Source: Cirrosporium novae-zelandiae (lineage: Eukaryota). Taken from it: a stretch of 64,000 nucleotides of DNA. The position numbers and the translations under genes were made by a program. Of the stretch, positions 1-12,309 are shown in pieces. How positions within the stretch are numbered: position 1 is the first letter of the stretch; every line of letters begins with the position of its first letter. The stretch is taken from positions 62,001-126,000 of the forward strand of contig JAPETS010000042.1 in NCBI GenBank assembly GCA_026023565.1, written 5' to 3'. Below the pieces are notes generated by a model. It was not told the DNA's origin. It ran no database searches and was given only the letters and a program-made list of their open reading frames with translations.

Positions 1-28
1 CTACATACTCATGAATCACTTCCATCAG

Positions 29-1448
29 ATCTCCGCGATCCCTCCACCACCCCTCTCAACTTCACCAAATCCATCAACCTCGCCCTCTCCGAACGTGGGA
101 TCAACGCCATCAAGCATTCCGGAATCCCCGGTCTCCTCGAACGCGTGACTGAAGACACCATTCCCATGTACGGACGAATGATCCATGGCCGCAAACAGAA
201 CGGCGAGCTGTATGAGGAATCCCAGACCTATGACGTCCACGGAAGAGTACGCTTTATAATCCGCCCCCACTTTCGAACTCCCACCCTAATCTAACGATCC
301 ACAAGTTTCAACGAGCGGCAGACCGCGGAACCCTCAATAAACGTCTCCTCGATGCTCTAGAGGCCCGTCCAAACGTAACCTTGCACTTCAACCACAAGCT
401 CACGGGTGCCGATTTCAAGCGCAAGCACGCCTGGTTCGAACAGCAAACCTCCGAGCCCAGCTCCTCCGCCCCAGACACAGACTCCCACCGCCCTACCGAA
501 GTCGAAGTCTCCTTTGACTTCCTTATTGGCGCTGACGGCGCCCACTCCGCCGTACGATACCATCTAATGAAATACACGCGGATGAACTACTCCCAAGAAT
601 ACATCGATACCCTATGGTGCGAATTCCACATCGCCGCAACACCCACAAACACCTTCGCAATCTCCCCACATCACCTACACATCTGGCCAGGTGCCTCATA
701 CATGTTCATTGCGATCCCATCCGCAGATCTCACATTCACGTGCACGCTCTTCGCACCACCGGCCCTCTTCACATACCTGGAACAGTCGCCTTCTGAAGCA
801 CTCTTAAGCTTCTTCCAGGAACAATTCCCTGGTGTTACTCCAGACTTGATCCCGACGGAAGATTTAATCGAGCAGTTTAACGTGAATCCACACTTACCAC
901 TCATCAACATAAAATGCACCCCGTACCACCACGCCGCTAGCGCTGTCATCCTCGGCGATGCCGCACACGCCATGGTGCCCTTTTACGGGCAGGGCATGAA
1001 TGCCGGTCTCGAAGACGTACACGTGCTATTTTCCCACCTAGACAACCACGGCGTCTACCCCCCCTCCAATCCCTTCCCATCCACCTCTACACCCCTAACC
1101 ATCGCCCTCTCCTCCTACACAACCCACCGAGCCCCCGACGCCCACAGCATCAACAACCTGGCCCTCCAAAACTACATCGAAATGCGTGCCAGCGTCAAAT
1201 CCCCCTTCTACCTGCTGCGAAAACGCATCGAGGAGTTTTTGTCTGTGTATGTGCCCCGGCTGGGTTGGGCCACGCAGTACGCGAGGGTTAGTTTCAGTAA
1301 TATGAGGTATTCGGAGGTGGAGGCGAGGACGAGGTGGCAGGGGAGGGTTTTGGGTGGGGTTTTGGGTGGGGTTTTGGGGGGTGGGGTTGCTGCTCTTGGG
1401 GTGGCTGTTGTGGCCGTGGTTGAGATGAGGGGGTGGTTGAGGAGGTGA
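29..1448 (+). CDS. BNA4: Kynurenine 3-monooxygenase (FAD-dependent), 5' part outside the window
   Basis: Exon 29..246 reads [27 protein letters not shown]...PMYGRMIHG. Intron 247..305 (GTACGC...CTAAC...AAG). The last exon has [40 protein letters not shown] and a C-terminal hydrophobic anchor, all typical of fungal KMO. Confidence 0.93.
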
Positions 1449-2464
1449 TTTTTTTTCCCTTTATAAAGTGCTTTCTTGTCCGAGAGTAGACATAGGCAGC
1501 GACCGTTATTATGTATCATTTGCCCTCCACAATATGGGAATTATATTCTCCTTTGCTTTTGCTTTATGCTATTCTCGACCTGCTCCTTTCTTAATAAGGA
1601 ACTTTGCCACTTCCCAAGCGGTCTGATTTAAGCTGCCTTGGCAAAAGTGATCCACTCCATTGAAACTATTGTCAGTTTTGTAACCACTTTTCGATCGAAG
1701 CTTCTGATAACCTGGCTAGCTTAGATTGGCCGGACCTGGGCTTGGCAGGCAGGATGTATTGCTCTTCGCTCACACTGTAGCTAGAATTTCGCTCTTTATG
1801 CAAGCAGTCTGGTTTTCTCGGCGGAATTCTCAGATTGTATAGTCAACTGAAAACAACAGAGCTGGAAGGCCTACTACTTGATAGTGCCGTACTTATTGTT
1901 CTTCGACTGACTCGGTTGGCAAAGCATAATTTGCTTACCGTCGCGGCTCTTTGAGGTTCTTATTTTCCTTATATGTATTGATTGATGTTTGTGTTTTTTG
2001 AGCTAAGCACTGTTCTCGAGCAAGATTATAAAAGCTAGCGCGTGACGGGAACTGTAGTCAATGTAGGTCGATATTAAAGAATTGTAATGTTACTAGCGTT
2101 GTGGAGGGTATTCTCTAGGTGTGGTCCCCGTAACGAGCACGGTTGTCGGTGTTTGTCGGCTACGGGGTCGAATACAGGGGAGGCGGGCGGGGGATCAGCG
2201 CATCGTTGAACTCGGCTTTGTGGTAAAACCTCGATAAGTTCAGTGGTGACCAGGACTAAAAAATGATAGATAGATGCAGTGTAATATTTTTTTCTTGGTG
2301 GAGAAGGGTAGCATGGGCGTATTAATCTTCTCATAACTCCCATCTCGCCACAGCAGTTGTTATCAAGTACCTTTTGAACATCTCAGAAAAAAAAACTACT
2401 ATTAGCTCTTAGAAACAGCATACTGCTCCAAACTGTAACTCAACTTCCTGCGAATCCCTATGAA

Positions 2465-3359
2465 ATGGGCCCTTCAATACAATGGCCCCTGTTGAAAGGC
2501 CTAACAGCCGCCATCACTGGTGGAACAACTGGCATTGGACGTGCCATCACCTTGGAATTCATACGTCAAGGATGCAACGTTGCGGTCAACCACCTCGGAG
2601 CTGAGCGTGACGAGCCTCACAGAGTTAGTTTATTGCAAGAAGCAGACGAAATAAGAAACAAAAGCCTGAAAGACGAGTGCAATCCTCCCGCAATAGCGGG
2701 TGAGATTCTAGATGTTGCTGGGGACGTGACAAGACCAGAGACAAGCAAGCTGTTGGTAGAGAAAGCGGTGAAGAGATGGAGTAAGTTGGACGTCTTCGTA
2801 GCCAACGCGGGCGTCGGCCAACCTGCAGAATTTTTGGAGTAAGCTCTTTCTTGAAAGTGTGTTTATAGATCAGAGATTAATTACTTCCTGCCAAAGAATT
2901 GAACAGGAGCTTTTTGAGAAAACGGTCGCTATCAACCTTGGTGGCGCGTTTTATTCTTGTCAAGCAGCAGCACGACAGATGGTCAAACAGGGCCACGGAG
3001 GCGCAATCATTGGAGTTTCATCCGTTAGTGCGCTCGTTGGTGGAGGACTTCAAACTCATTACACGCCAACCAAGGCCGGAGTTTTATCGCTGATGCAGTC
3101 AATGGCAATATCGCTCGGGAAGCACAAAATTAGATGCAATGCACTCATGCCCGGCACCATCAAGACACAGCTCAGCGAGGACGACTTGAAGAACGATGTC
3201 AAGAGGAATTATCTCGAGGCAAGGATTCCACTAGGAAGAGTGGGAGATACTGTAGACATGGCAGGACCGGCAGTCTTTTTAGCTTGTGAGGCAATGAGCG
3301 GGTACGTGAATGGGTCGGGGCTGTTGGCTGATGGAGGAATGTTTGTGCACCTGCAATGA
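2465..3359 (+). CDS. Short-chain dehydrogenase, L-rhamnose 1-dehydrogenase (LRA1/RHA1)-like
   Basis: TGGTTGIG Rossmann motif, VAVNHLG, catalytic HYTPTKAG, CNALMPGTI and C-terminal DGGMFVHLQ resemble fungal LRA1. Intron 2839..2896 joins the two ORFs in frame. Confidence 0.85.
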
Positions 3360-4958
3360 AATGCCATTCAAGCGAGCCGAAGAATGGGAATATACTTAAG
3401 TCAGATCGTCATTCAATGCAGTCCATCCTTATTGCCCTAGCCAGAACTTGTATGTAGTCTATATACTGCACTATAGATGAGTAGAAAATCTTGTAGGGGA
3501 TAGGCTGATAGTGCTGGTACTCAACGTTCAAGGGGAAAAGTACCTCCGGAAAATAGCACTCCTATGACTCCTTGGCATAGACATGTTCCTTGGTGTAAAG
3601 ATGTAGGATTAATTATAAAAAAACGATCCAACTTTTGACCACTTACTAAGTCAATGAATCATATCCTACACCGTACATCAATACCGATAGAATCGGTACT
3701 TCTAAGAGACTTTATTACGGACTCTTTGGGAAACATCTATGCAAAGGCTCCTGTTGGGTAATTTGCCATATCATTCAGACCTGTCTCTAGAGAGTTTACT
3801 TGCATAGACTCTGGGCAGGCTAAGACCAACATAAGGTCCACGTCAAATTCTCCGAGATTCAGTAAGGGGAGAGACGTGGATTCGGTGAGTTAGGGTCTAT
3901 CCAAGTGACAAACCTTTGTTTAAGCTAGGGCTGTAGCCCTTGAAGATAGACTATTATAGTCGCTAGAAGCTTTAGGGTAAGCTGTTTAGTTGGCGTGGTT
4001 CTGCTAAGACATATTTACAGCCTGTTCATGGTTATCCTTGGGACACCTATAGTGTGATGCATCACTTCATAACCTCAGGCTTGAAACAATTGGTATTATG
4101 AAGAGCGATCCGAACTTTGCTATCAATGAGCACGATGCTATCAAACGGCAGTATGTCGGCGGCCTGGCGGATCATTTGCCTTGTGTATGGTTGAGATAGA
4201 TAAAAATAGGTACGTCATATCGACTAACAACATCAGCCACTACGTGGACGAGCAAGCCATCAGCGAACATCAGCGAATGTGACCACATAGGAAAAATTGA
4301 ACAATAATTGACATTGTATGCAATTGCTACCAGGATGCCTCAGTGCCTCTTTTCAGTAGCCTCAATGATTTGGGGTGACGATCCTTCGTCTTGCAATCTG
4401 GTGGTAGAGTCATTCTGTAAGCATTTATTAAGACTTATAATTTTTATAATGCAAGCCATGGCTTCTAACGAGACTGCAGAGAAACTTATACATGGACCCG
4501 TGGAGGCGTTACGAGGTCATGGTTGGAGACTTTCAAAGCCGAAGTTCGGCTTGTGTTCCCCGAAGCCCTCGAAGCGAGCCCACATTTTAGCTTCAGACTA
4601 ATTGAGTTGGGATCCGTAATCTTCATCCTTGATAACTCTTCGTACTACATTTCTTATGCTGGCAAGCATCATGTATAGCAACCACGGTCGCATGATTAAT
4701 TCTGTACCCCACTAAATGCATCATCAAATATGCAAAGCACCCTCGAGCTATTACAATCACTAGGATCTCTACAGGGTATAGACCCTAAATGGCCCGTGCA
4801 TCCACCTAGATAGCTGCCCTGCTGAGCTCTTCAGCCCAGCAACCACCCTCGAGTTGACATGTCATTCCTGAACCTGAGACTCTAGCCTTACAGTATCTCA
4901 TTCTGACAAAGCCCAATTGACCAGGTATTGAAGATAGTTCGAATAACGGAGCGGCAAC

Positions 4959-6046
4959 ATGGCAACTGAACCAATTTCGACGCCCTTCAAAGTTTATGAT
5001 GCCGCGTTCTACACCATATTGGGCCCCAAGCCTGTTCTTGAGCTTCTGATAGAGAACGACCAGTACCCATTCGCGCATGAAGCTGGCATATTCCTCGCTT
5101 CCAGGAACGAGCTATTTGTCACTAGCAATCGTTTGATGGATGCTCAGAACCAACCAATGGTTCGGATCTCTAAAGTGATCTTCGGCGACAGATCGAAGCC
5201 TCCAACATGCGAGGACATTCAATGTGACGAGATCAAAATGGGCAACGGTGGCGTGAACTACAAGGACGACACTAGCACGTTATTCTGCGTTCAGGGCTCT
5301 TTTGACTCTCCGAGTGGAATATGCGAGATGTCGACATCGCCACCCTATCCTTCGAAGCTTATTCTCTCAGATTTCTACGGTCGACCTTTCAACTCCACTA
5401 ACGATGTTATTGTACACAGAGATGGCAGTATATGGTTTACCGATCCAATCTACGGCTACGAGCAAGGTTACAGACCGAAGCCGCAGCTGCCGAATCAAGT
5501 CTATAGATTCGACCCGCAGACACGCAATGTTAGAGTTATGGCTGATGGGTTTGAACGTCCCAATGGCATTTGTTTTTCACCCGATGAGATGATTGTCTAT
5601 GTGACAGATACGGGAAGGGTTCATGGGGATGGAAGTATTGACGGGATGAGACCTTCAACGATGTAAGCAGCTTAGCCATTGCAGCATTATCTGGAACCCA
5701 TTATTTGGCTCCTTACTACATTGCTCACCCTATTCACAGCTACGCATTTGACATCACCACCTATTCAGGCCAACCTTTTCTGACGAACCGACGGCTCTTT
5801 GCCATGGCTGATTCTGGAATCCCAGATGGAATCAAATGTGACATAGATGGTAACGTATACAGCGGGTGCGGAGACGGAGTCAATGTTTGGTCTCCTGGCG
5901 GTATTCTACTGGGTAAAATACTCGTGAAAGACGGAGTTTCAAACTTTTGCTTTGGGAGAGAAGGAGAAATGTTTTTGCTGAACGAACAGAAGCTTTGGCG
6001 AGCGCAACTTTCGGGCTTCGTGAGAGGTGCCTTGCTAAAGATATAA
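4959..6046 (+). CDS. SMP-30/gluconolactonase-family lactonohydrolase
   Basis: FAHEAG, FNSTND, IWFTDP, RPNGICFSPDE and PDGIKCD..GNVY motifs. Intron 5663..5739. Confidence 0.88.
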
Positions 6047-6615
6047 TATCTTAACTTTTACAGGTGCATGTTCAAGTTCTTTATATACACTCATTGCTCT
6101 GTTAAAGGGTTGCAGTGGTCATTTCCATGGCATTGAATTGTTTGTCTATAAATGGCAAAAAGGTTGCCAAATGTCTTACGGACGCTTTCAATATATTTTC
6201 TGGCGTTTATGGCCATGGTCCATTGACGATATTTTCGGACGTGTTATTGAGGATCATATTCCCAGGTGCCATTGACCCATGCTACTGTATCGGTTTCGCC
6301 ACCAGTCAGGCCGCTGTGTGATCTTGATGCACCGTGTCGGGGTACTCGAGACGGCGATAGAACATGGTGCTAAGAACATGGGGGGTTTGCCCCCGAGACG
6401 AGCAACGGTCCCACCCCCACCTTAGCGATTCTCAGGAAACTTTCCGATTCGCAAACCCGTTACCTTGCAGATTCGGGTGCATCGACCCCTCAGTACTGCA
6501 ACCAGAGATATGAACATGGACTTGGTGCTCTCCTCGCCTCAGCCTCAATTTTGTTTGAGCTATTGCTCGGGGCGCTTGGATGCTGAAGTGTTTGTGAGAA
6601 TTAACTTTCGCAATC

Positions 6616-7839
6616 ATGTCAACACAAACTATGTCGTTAACCGCACTTATTCCGATTGCTCGCTTGTATGGAGGGAGAGCATGTCGGCCGCTACGCAACC
6701 TACAGCAGCAGAGCCTCACACATTTATCAAATATTCCATCCCGGGGTATTGAAACCCGATCAACAAGATACACCCTCAACACAGGAGCCAAAATCCCAGC
6801 CATTGGCTTTGGGACGTTCCAAGACCCAGAAGCACAAGAAGATGCTGTTTGCGCAGCGCTGAAGTCAGGCTATCGCCACATCGACACCGCTCGAGTGTAG
6901 GTATCTTTCAAACATGACCCACAACTTTCTATTCACGAAGTGCCAGATACGACACAGAGATACAAGTAGGTAAGGGTATCAAACAAAGCGGAGTTAGACG
7001 AGAAGAAATCTTTTTAACCACAAAGCTCTGGTGCAATTCATACCATCCTGGGGATGTCGAAGCGGCGCTTGATGCTTCGCTGAAAGATCTCGACACCCCT
7101 TACGTCGACCTGTTCCTCATGCATTACCCCTGCACATTCAAGCGCGGGGTAGACCGATTCCCTAGAGATGCAAACGGCAAGATGATTATGGGCGAAACCA
7201 CATATGTAGATACCTGGAAGGCAATGGAAAAGCTGCTCAAAACGGGAAAGACGAAAGCCATTGGAGTTTCAAATTTCAGCAAAGGCGAGGTGGAGACGTT
7301 GATCAGAGAGGGCAATGTTGTATGTCACCTCTCCACAACTCCTCCTGCCGAAACCCTACTTCAAGTTTCAACATTATTAACTTTATTCACCCACCCCCAC
7401 ACAGGTTCCCGCCGTCCACCAAATGGAACTCCACCCCTACCTCCAACAACCTCAATTCACCACCTGGCACCAATCCCTCGGCATCCACACCACCCAATTC
7501 AGCCCCCTCGGAAACCAAAACTCCTTCTACCGCCAAGTCTCCTGGAGCAAACACTACTCCAACATCTCTAGAATAATCGACCACCCTTTACTCCACGACA
7601 TAGGACGCAAATATGGAAAGAGCGCCGTCCAGGTCACATTGGCGTGGGGCGTGAACAAGGGACGCTCTGTTATCCCCAAGAGCATTATCGGGTGGCAGAT
7701 TAGGGAGAATTTGGATGCGGATTTTGAGTTGGAAGAGGGGGATTTGGTGAGAATTGGGGATTTGGATAGGAAGTTGAGGTTTAATGATCCGAGCGGGGAT
7801 TATAGGTGGAGACTTTATAGTGACCTTGAAGGGATTTGA
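6616..7839 (+). CDS. Aldo-keto reductase with N-terminal extension
   Basis: [47 protein letters not shown] and VIPKS motifs. Introns 6897..6946 and 7320..7404. Confidence 0.9.
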
Positions 7840-8891
7840 AAAAAAAAAGTGGTTTCGTTTTTTGTACAGTACAGTACATCACATCCAACCTAGTTTAGGA
7901 CCTACCTACCTAATTATCTATATCCATATCCATATCCATAACAATACCTCATCCAAACCCAAAATCTCAAAATCTAATCCCATAATCATATATATTCTCC
8001 TACTCTTACCAATATTTAATATTCATCTAGCATCTCTTTCCCATTCTCTCCCCCCCTCCCCCCCTCCCTTTTTTTTTTTCTGTTACGGCGTCGCAGCCAG
8101 GTTCATGTATGTATGTATAGATATTCTAACATTAGGACTGGGATTATCCATTCATCCATCCCATATCCCTGTTGGATTACCTTTCTGATACATATATTAA
8201 CATACATTCTATCTCTGTTCCTGTTTCTTTGTTTTTGCTTTTAAGAGTCCGGGGGGGGGGAAGATAAAGTGGAGGCTAGCTTCCTTTTCTTCTCCTTTCT
8301 TTTCCTTGTTGGGATTATTATGTAATGTATGTAGACATCCCCCAACTTCTCATCCCTTCTTCCCCCATTCCTTATACTCTAAAGCAAAAGAAAAAGAAAT
8401 TGTATTAGTGTATAAATGCATAAATAAATCAGTGCACTGCTTACTTCCTAGTGTCCTAAACATCCTAGTTCACTATAAGGAAGGGGGAACCTACCCCCCA
8501 TAATTAATAATCACCTTATTAGTATTATTATCAGTCTATCCTGCTTCACTTACTTACTCACTATGAAATTATAAGCAAACTTAGGGGTATGCTTCAGATG
8601 GGGAGGTGTGATAGACCAAAACCCTCAAATCTGACACTGGGGGTGGGAATAACTTGAAAGGAGATAAGGAAAATTAGTCATTTGTTGAAGTATGAATGAA
8701 TATGTTGAATTTGTACAGTACTACCAGGACGCCGTATGTGAACCCAATCAATTATCGGTTTCTTCCGAACTCGTCTGAAACCAAAATCCAAGCGGTCAGA
8801 GGTGAAAAGGAAAGAAAGATTTTATTTTCCCCAATAGGGATAGAACTCGGGTGTGGGATTGCGGGAGACGTGGGTATGAGGATTCGGTCTC

Positions 8892-11800
8892 TTAAGCGTC
8901 GCCATCGCCATTGGGTTTGGGTTCGGGTTTACGTTGGGGAGGAGTGGGATTGGATCTTGGAGTGCCGTAGTTGCTAGAAGGAGTGATACTGTAGCTTAAA
9001 GTGTCGTAATTGCTAGGAGGAGCATTGCTCAAAGGGATATATTGGGAAGCGGTGAAATTGGAGCTTGAAGAGTAGTAGTTGCTGGAAGGATAATTGTCCC
9101 AAGGGATGTATTCAAAAGGAACGGGATTGGAGCTTGATGAATCGTGGTTGCTGAAAGGAGCATTGCTCAAAGGGATATATTCGGAAGCGGTGAAATTGGA
9201 GCTTGAAGAGTAGTAGTTGCTGGAAGGATCATTGTCCCAAGGGATGTATTCGAAAGGAACGGGATTGGAGTTGCGAGAAGATCTGTTGCTACATTCCCCT
9301 GAGCCTGGCATCGAAATGCCCGAGTCATATGCAAATTCACTACTGCCAGATTCATTATCTGGAAATTGCCTCGTCCTGAAAGGAGGCCTGTTATATTCAT
9401 AGGATTGTGAAATACCTTGGGGAAACATTGACAAATCGGGGGTTTGATTTAAAACCACGGAATTGGGGAACACACTGCCAGAACCAGAATCAGCGCCAGG
9501 GGGGGTTCCGTGGGACCGGTTCCATTCTTCCATATGTGTTAGGTCCATGAATATATTTGCGGTTTCTTCTAATGTATAATGATCCGCCGTTGATATAAGA
9601 CGTTCTATTATCTCTTTCAACATTGGACTTTGGTTGCGAGCAATACATTTTATAATATCCTTTCGGTCGTAGTCTATTAATCTAGTTAATTGAAGAATGG
9701 TGATGAATCTCAAAGACAACACTCACAAGGATTCGGAATGGCTGAGTCGGGAAATAAGGAAGAATATATCTCCTCCCATCCGATGCCTCTTTTATTAATG
9801 GTCTCCAAAGGGAGTGGAGATTTTAGATCGTTAGCATTAGACCAATGAACCCGACGTATATGCTGCCTATACTATGACTTAGCATATCTACAATACTATA
9901 TCATCGTAGTAGGTCAAGGATGAAACAAGAATAGTGCACGATCATCCCATCATTTTATAACTTCTTTTCAAGGCTCGTAGTAAAGCATCGTTGCAGTGGA
10001 AGATGGTATCAGAGCAAGGAACTAAAGATTTCACTCACTTCACATGACCTATTAATGCAAATCCACTTGTACAATATCGAAAATTTCCCGTTATATCTTC
10101 AAAACCACAGGTTTCTAGATTTCTTTTGAAGAAGGGGCAGGCGAATAACCGTTCGCCCTTCTGATCCTTTAGGTGGCGAAGCCTTTTATAGCTATCACTT
10201 TCCGAGAATTGGTTTGAGTCATTATTTGCAAAAGGACGCTTCCTTAAGCCGGATCCAAGTTCGTTCCATATTTGCTTATCCGTTTCAAAAGGAGCCTCTG
10301 GGATAGCAGGTACTTCTGGAGAAACTTTGTGGACCTGAAAGTCTCTCATAGTGAGGGATTCGACCGTGTTTTTTGGCTTAAGTTGACCATGGGAAGTAGA
10401 GGTTTGTGTCTCAGCAATCTTGCTGTACCTCTGAAAGATCTCGCCGCAAGTAGGAAGACGGACAGAATTTGCTGCAAGCCGCTTCTTCATGTTTTCAAAT
10501 GTGCTTCCAAGAGGAACAACATAGGCAGCTCCAAACGCATCGGATGCCACAACATGTCCATACACTTCATACGTCTCATTGTCGACAACCCAAGAGCCAC
10601 AATCACCAGGTACAAGTACTATTATGGGAAGTGAGATTAGTGATGCAGACATGATTTCGTACTAAATCTTACCTGACCCGTCGGAAAAAGCCATTGTATA
10701 AGCTTTTATAAAATTTCTCCCTGGCGTTAAGTTGAGAAATGAGAATGAAGATGATAGTATCCCTCGCTTGCTGCTAGTTGTGCTTGTCAACAAGGAGACA
10801 GGTCGACCTGATTCGATTTTGGTTTGGTTGAAGAGCAACTGCTTCGCGTGGTGCTGATTGTTGGAATCCGTCACTACCATGAAATTTTGACGATAAAGTG
10901 TCAGATCATCAATTTCAATCAAAGCCCAGTCAAGGTTATCACACTTCTCTTCATCTCCCTGAGAAGTTAGAAAAACTTGACCTATCTTTGACCAATGGTG
11001 ATCCGCATAGTCTAGGTTAGATTGAGTGAAATCTACATTACCGGTACTTTCACTTTTTATCGACAGCATAGCAAGATCAGGCTCCGAGGCTATTTCGTAT
11101 AGGCAGCTCTCCCAATATTCCTCTTCCTCTTCCTCTTCCTCTTCTTCTTCCTCTTCTTCTTCCTCGTTCTCTTCCTCTTCTACTTCCTCTTCCTCTTCCT
11201 CTTCCTTTTCCTCCTTAATAGGCACACCTGGGCTTATTCTATCATCTTGTGGCACCAGGATATGACTTACACTCATTCCATAAAACATAACCTTCTTTTC
11301 AGTCGTAACCATGACTATTCCACCAAGCGTGGCCACCCTTGTTTTGTCTAGTTGGCCAACTTTGATGAATTTACCGCACAAAGTAATGAAAGTTTGTGCA
11401 TCCTCCCAAGAACTGCCATAAATTTCCGGCTGTGTTGCAGCCTTGTTTTCAGGAGGTCTCTCCACTATCATGAACTCAAAGGATGGAAATTTTGAATGGA
11501 CACCACGAGCCTGATAGAATGATTTTACGTTTTCTTTGGCAAAGAATTTCCTAAATCTTTTGGAGGCGGTCGTATCACATGAGACAACCATATAAGGCTT
11601 CGCAGTTTCTTTCTTTTCTCCTAAGGCATGAAGTGTGAGCGAAAAGTTGGGAAGCTCTCCCTTCCTATTGACCAAGGATTCCCGTAGAAGATTGGCAAAG
11701 TATTCCTGGAAGTCGACAAAACGGTTACGTATCGGCTGGGATAACAATTCATCAAAAAGATAGAGTTTTCGTGGTTTATTGTGAATGATATTACGAGCTG

Positions 11801-11990
11801 TACGTTTGACCACTGCTAAAATACTTCCACGAGGATCTTTGGAAGAATCATTTTTTGGACTAGGACTAGTAGAATCGTAGGCGGAATCGGGGTGCTGATA
11901 AGCACCTGTTTCCGAGGCCGATGCTTGTGAGGAATTTGGCAACATCGGTGGAGGGGACAACAAGGATGTTTGTTCCATGGCTAATACCAT
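8892..11990 (-). CDS. 939-aa protein: putative pro-domain + chymotrypsin-like (clan PA) protease with Cys nucleophile + C2H2-like finger + C-terminal repeats
   Basis: Exons 11990-10673, 10618-10039, 9866-9727 and 9673-8892 join through canonical GT-AG introns with consistent phases (2820 nt). Motifs TLGG, GMSVSH, LDWALI, PGDCGSWVV, YGHVVA; then FACPFFK...C...HVKQHIRRVH...WEEIYSSLFP...PNPY. Confidence 0.75.
8991..9266 (-). repeat. Coding tandem repeat: 2 x 138 bp (4 x 23 aa, ABAB)
   Basis: NPVPFEYIPWDNDPSSNYYSSSS / NFTASEYIPLSNAPFSNHDSSSS / NPVPFEYIPWDNYPSSNYYSSSS / NFTASQYIPLSNAPPSNYDTLSY. Confidence 0.92.
11118..11213 (-). repeat. (GAR)n coding repeat giving a poly-Glu tract
   Basis: Run of ctcttc/cttc on the + strand encoding EEKEEEEEEEVEEEENEEEEEEEEEEEEEEEE. 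Confidence 0.92.
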
Positions 11991-12309
11991 AGTATCTAAG
12001 GCAGAATATTCGAAATGGAATTAATTAAGTATTGGTGAAAATCTTTCAGGAATTTTGGATAAACCTGGAGAAGTGCCTCGATTTTTTGGAGAACCTATAT
12101 TAGGTAGCATTGCATCCTTAAGATACAATGAGTGTGGGGTTTTCTTGGCCAGTGGCTAAGCAGGGCTGTACACTATGCGACTGAACAGAGTAGCCCTCAT
12201 CGCATTGAACATAGCCTACAGGTTGGAATTTAGTCGTAGGTTTGGTATAGAAGTCGGCTCGTCCTTCTATAAAGCCAGCTAAAACCACTAGGTCAAGTCA
12301 TTTTAGATA
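11991..12309. promoter_or_regulatory. Probable bidirectional promoter between the protease gene and the membrane-protein gene
   Basis: Only 319 bp separate the divergent ATGs. TATA-like CTATAAA near 12267 and CTATATTA near 12095. Confidence 0.5.

Noticed and set aside
3400..4300. Possible RIP-degraded gene or transposon between the SDR and the lactonase
   Set aside because: TAG-rich and coding-like in places, but no frame gave a recognisable protein.
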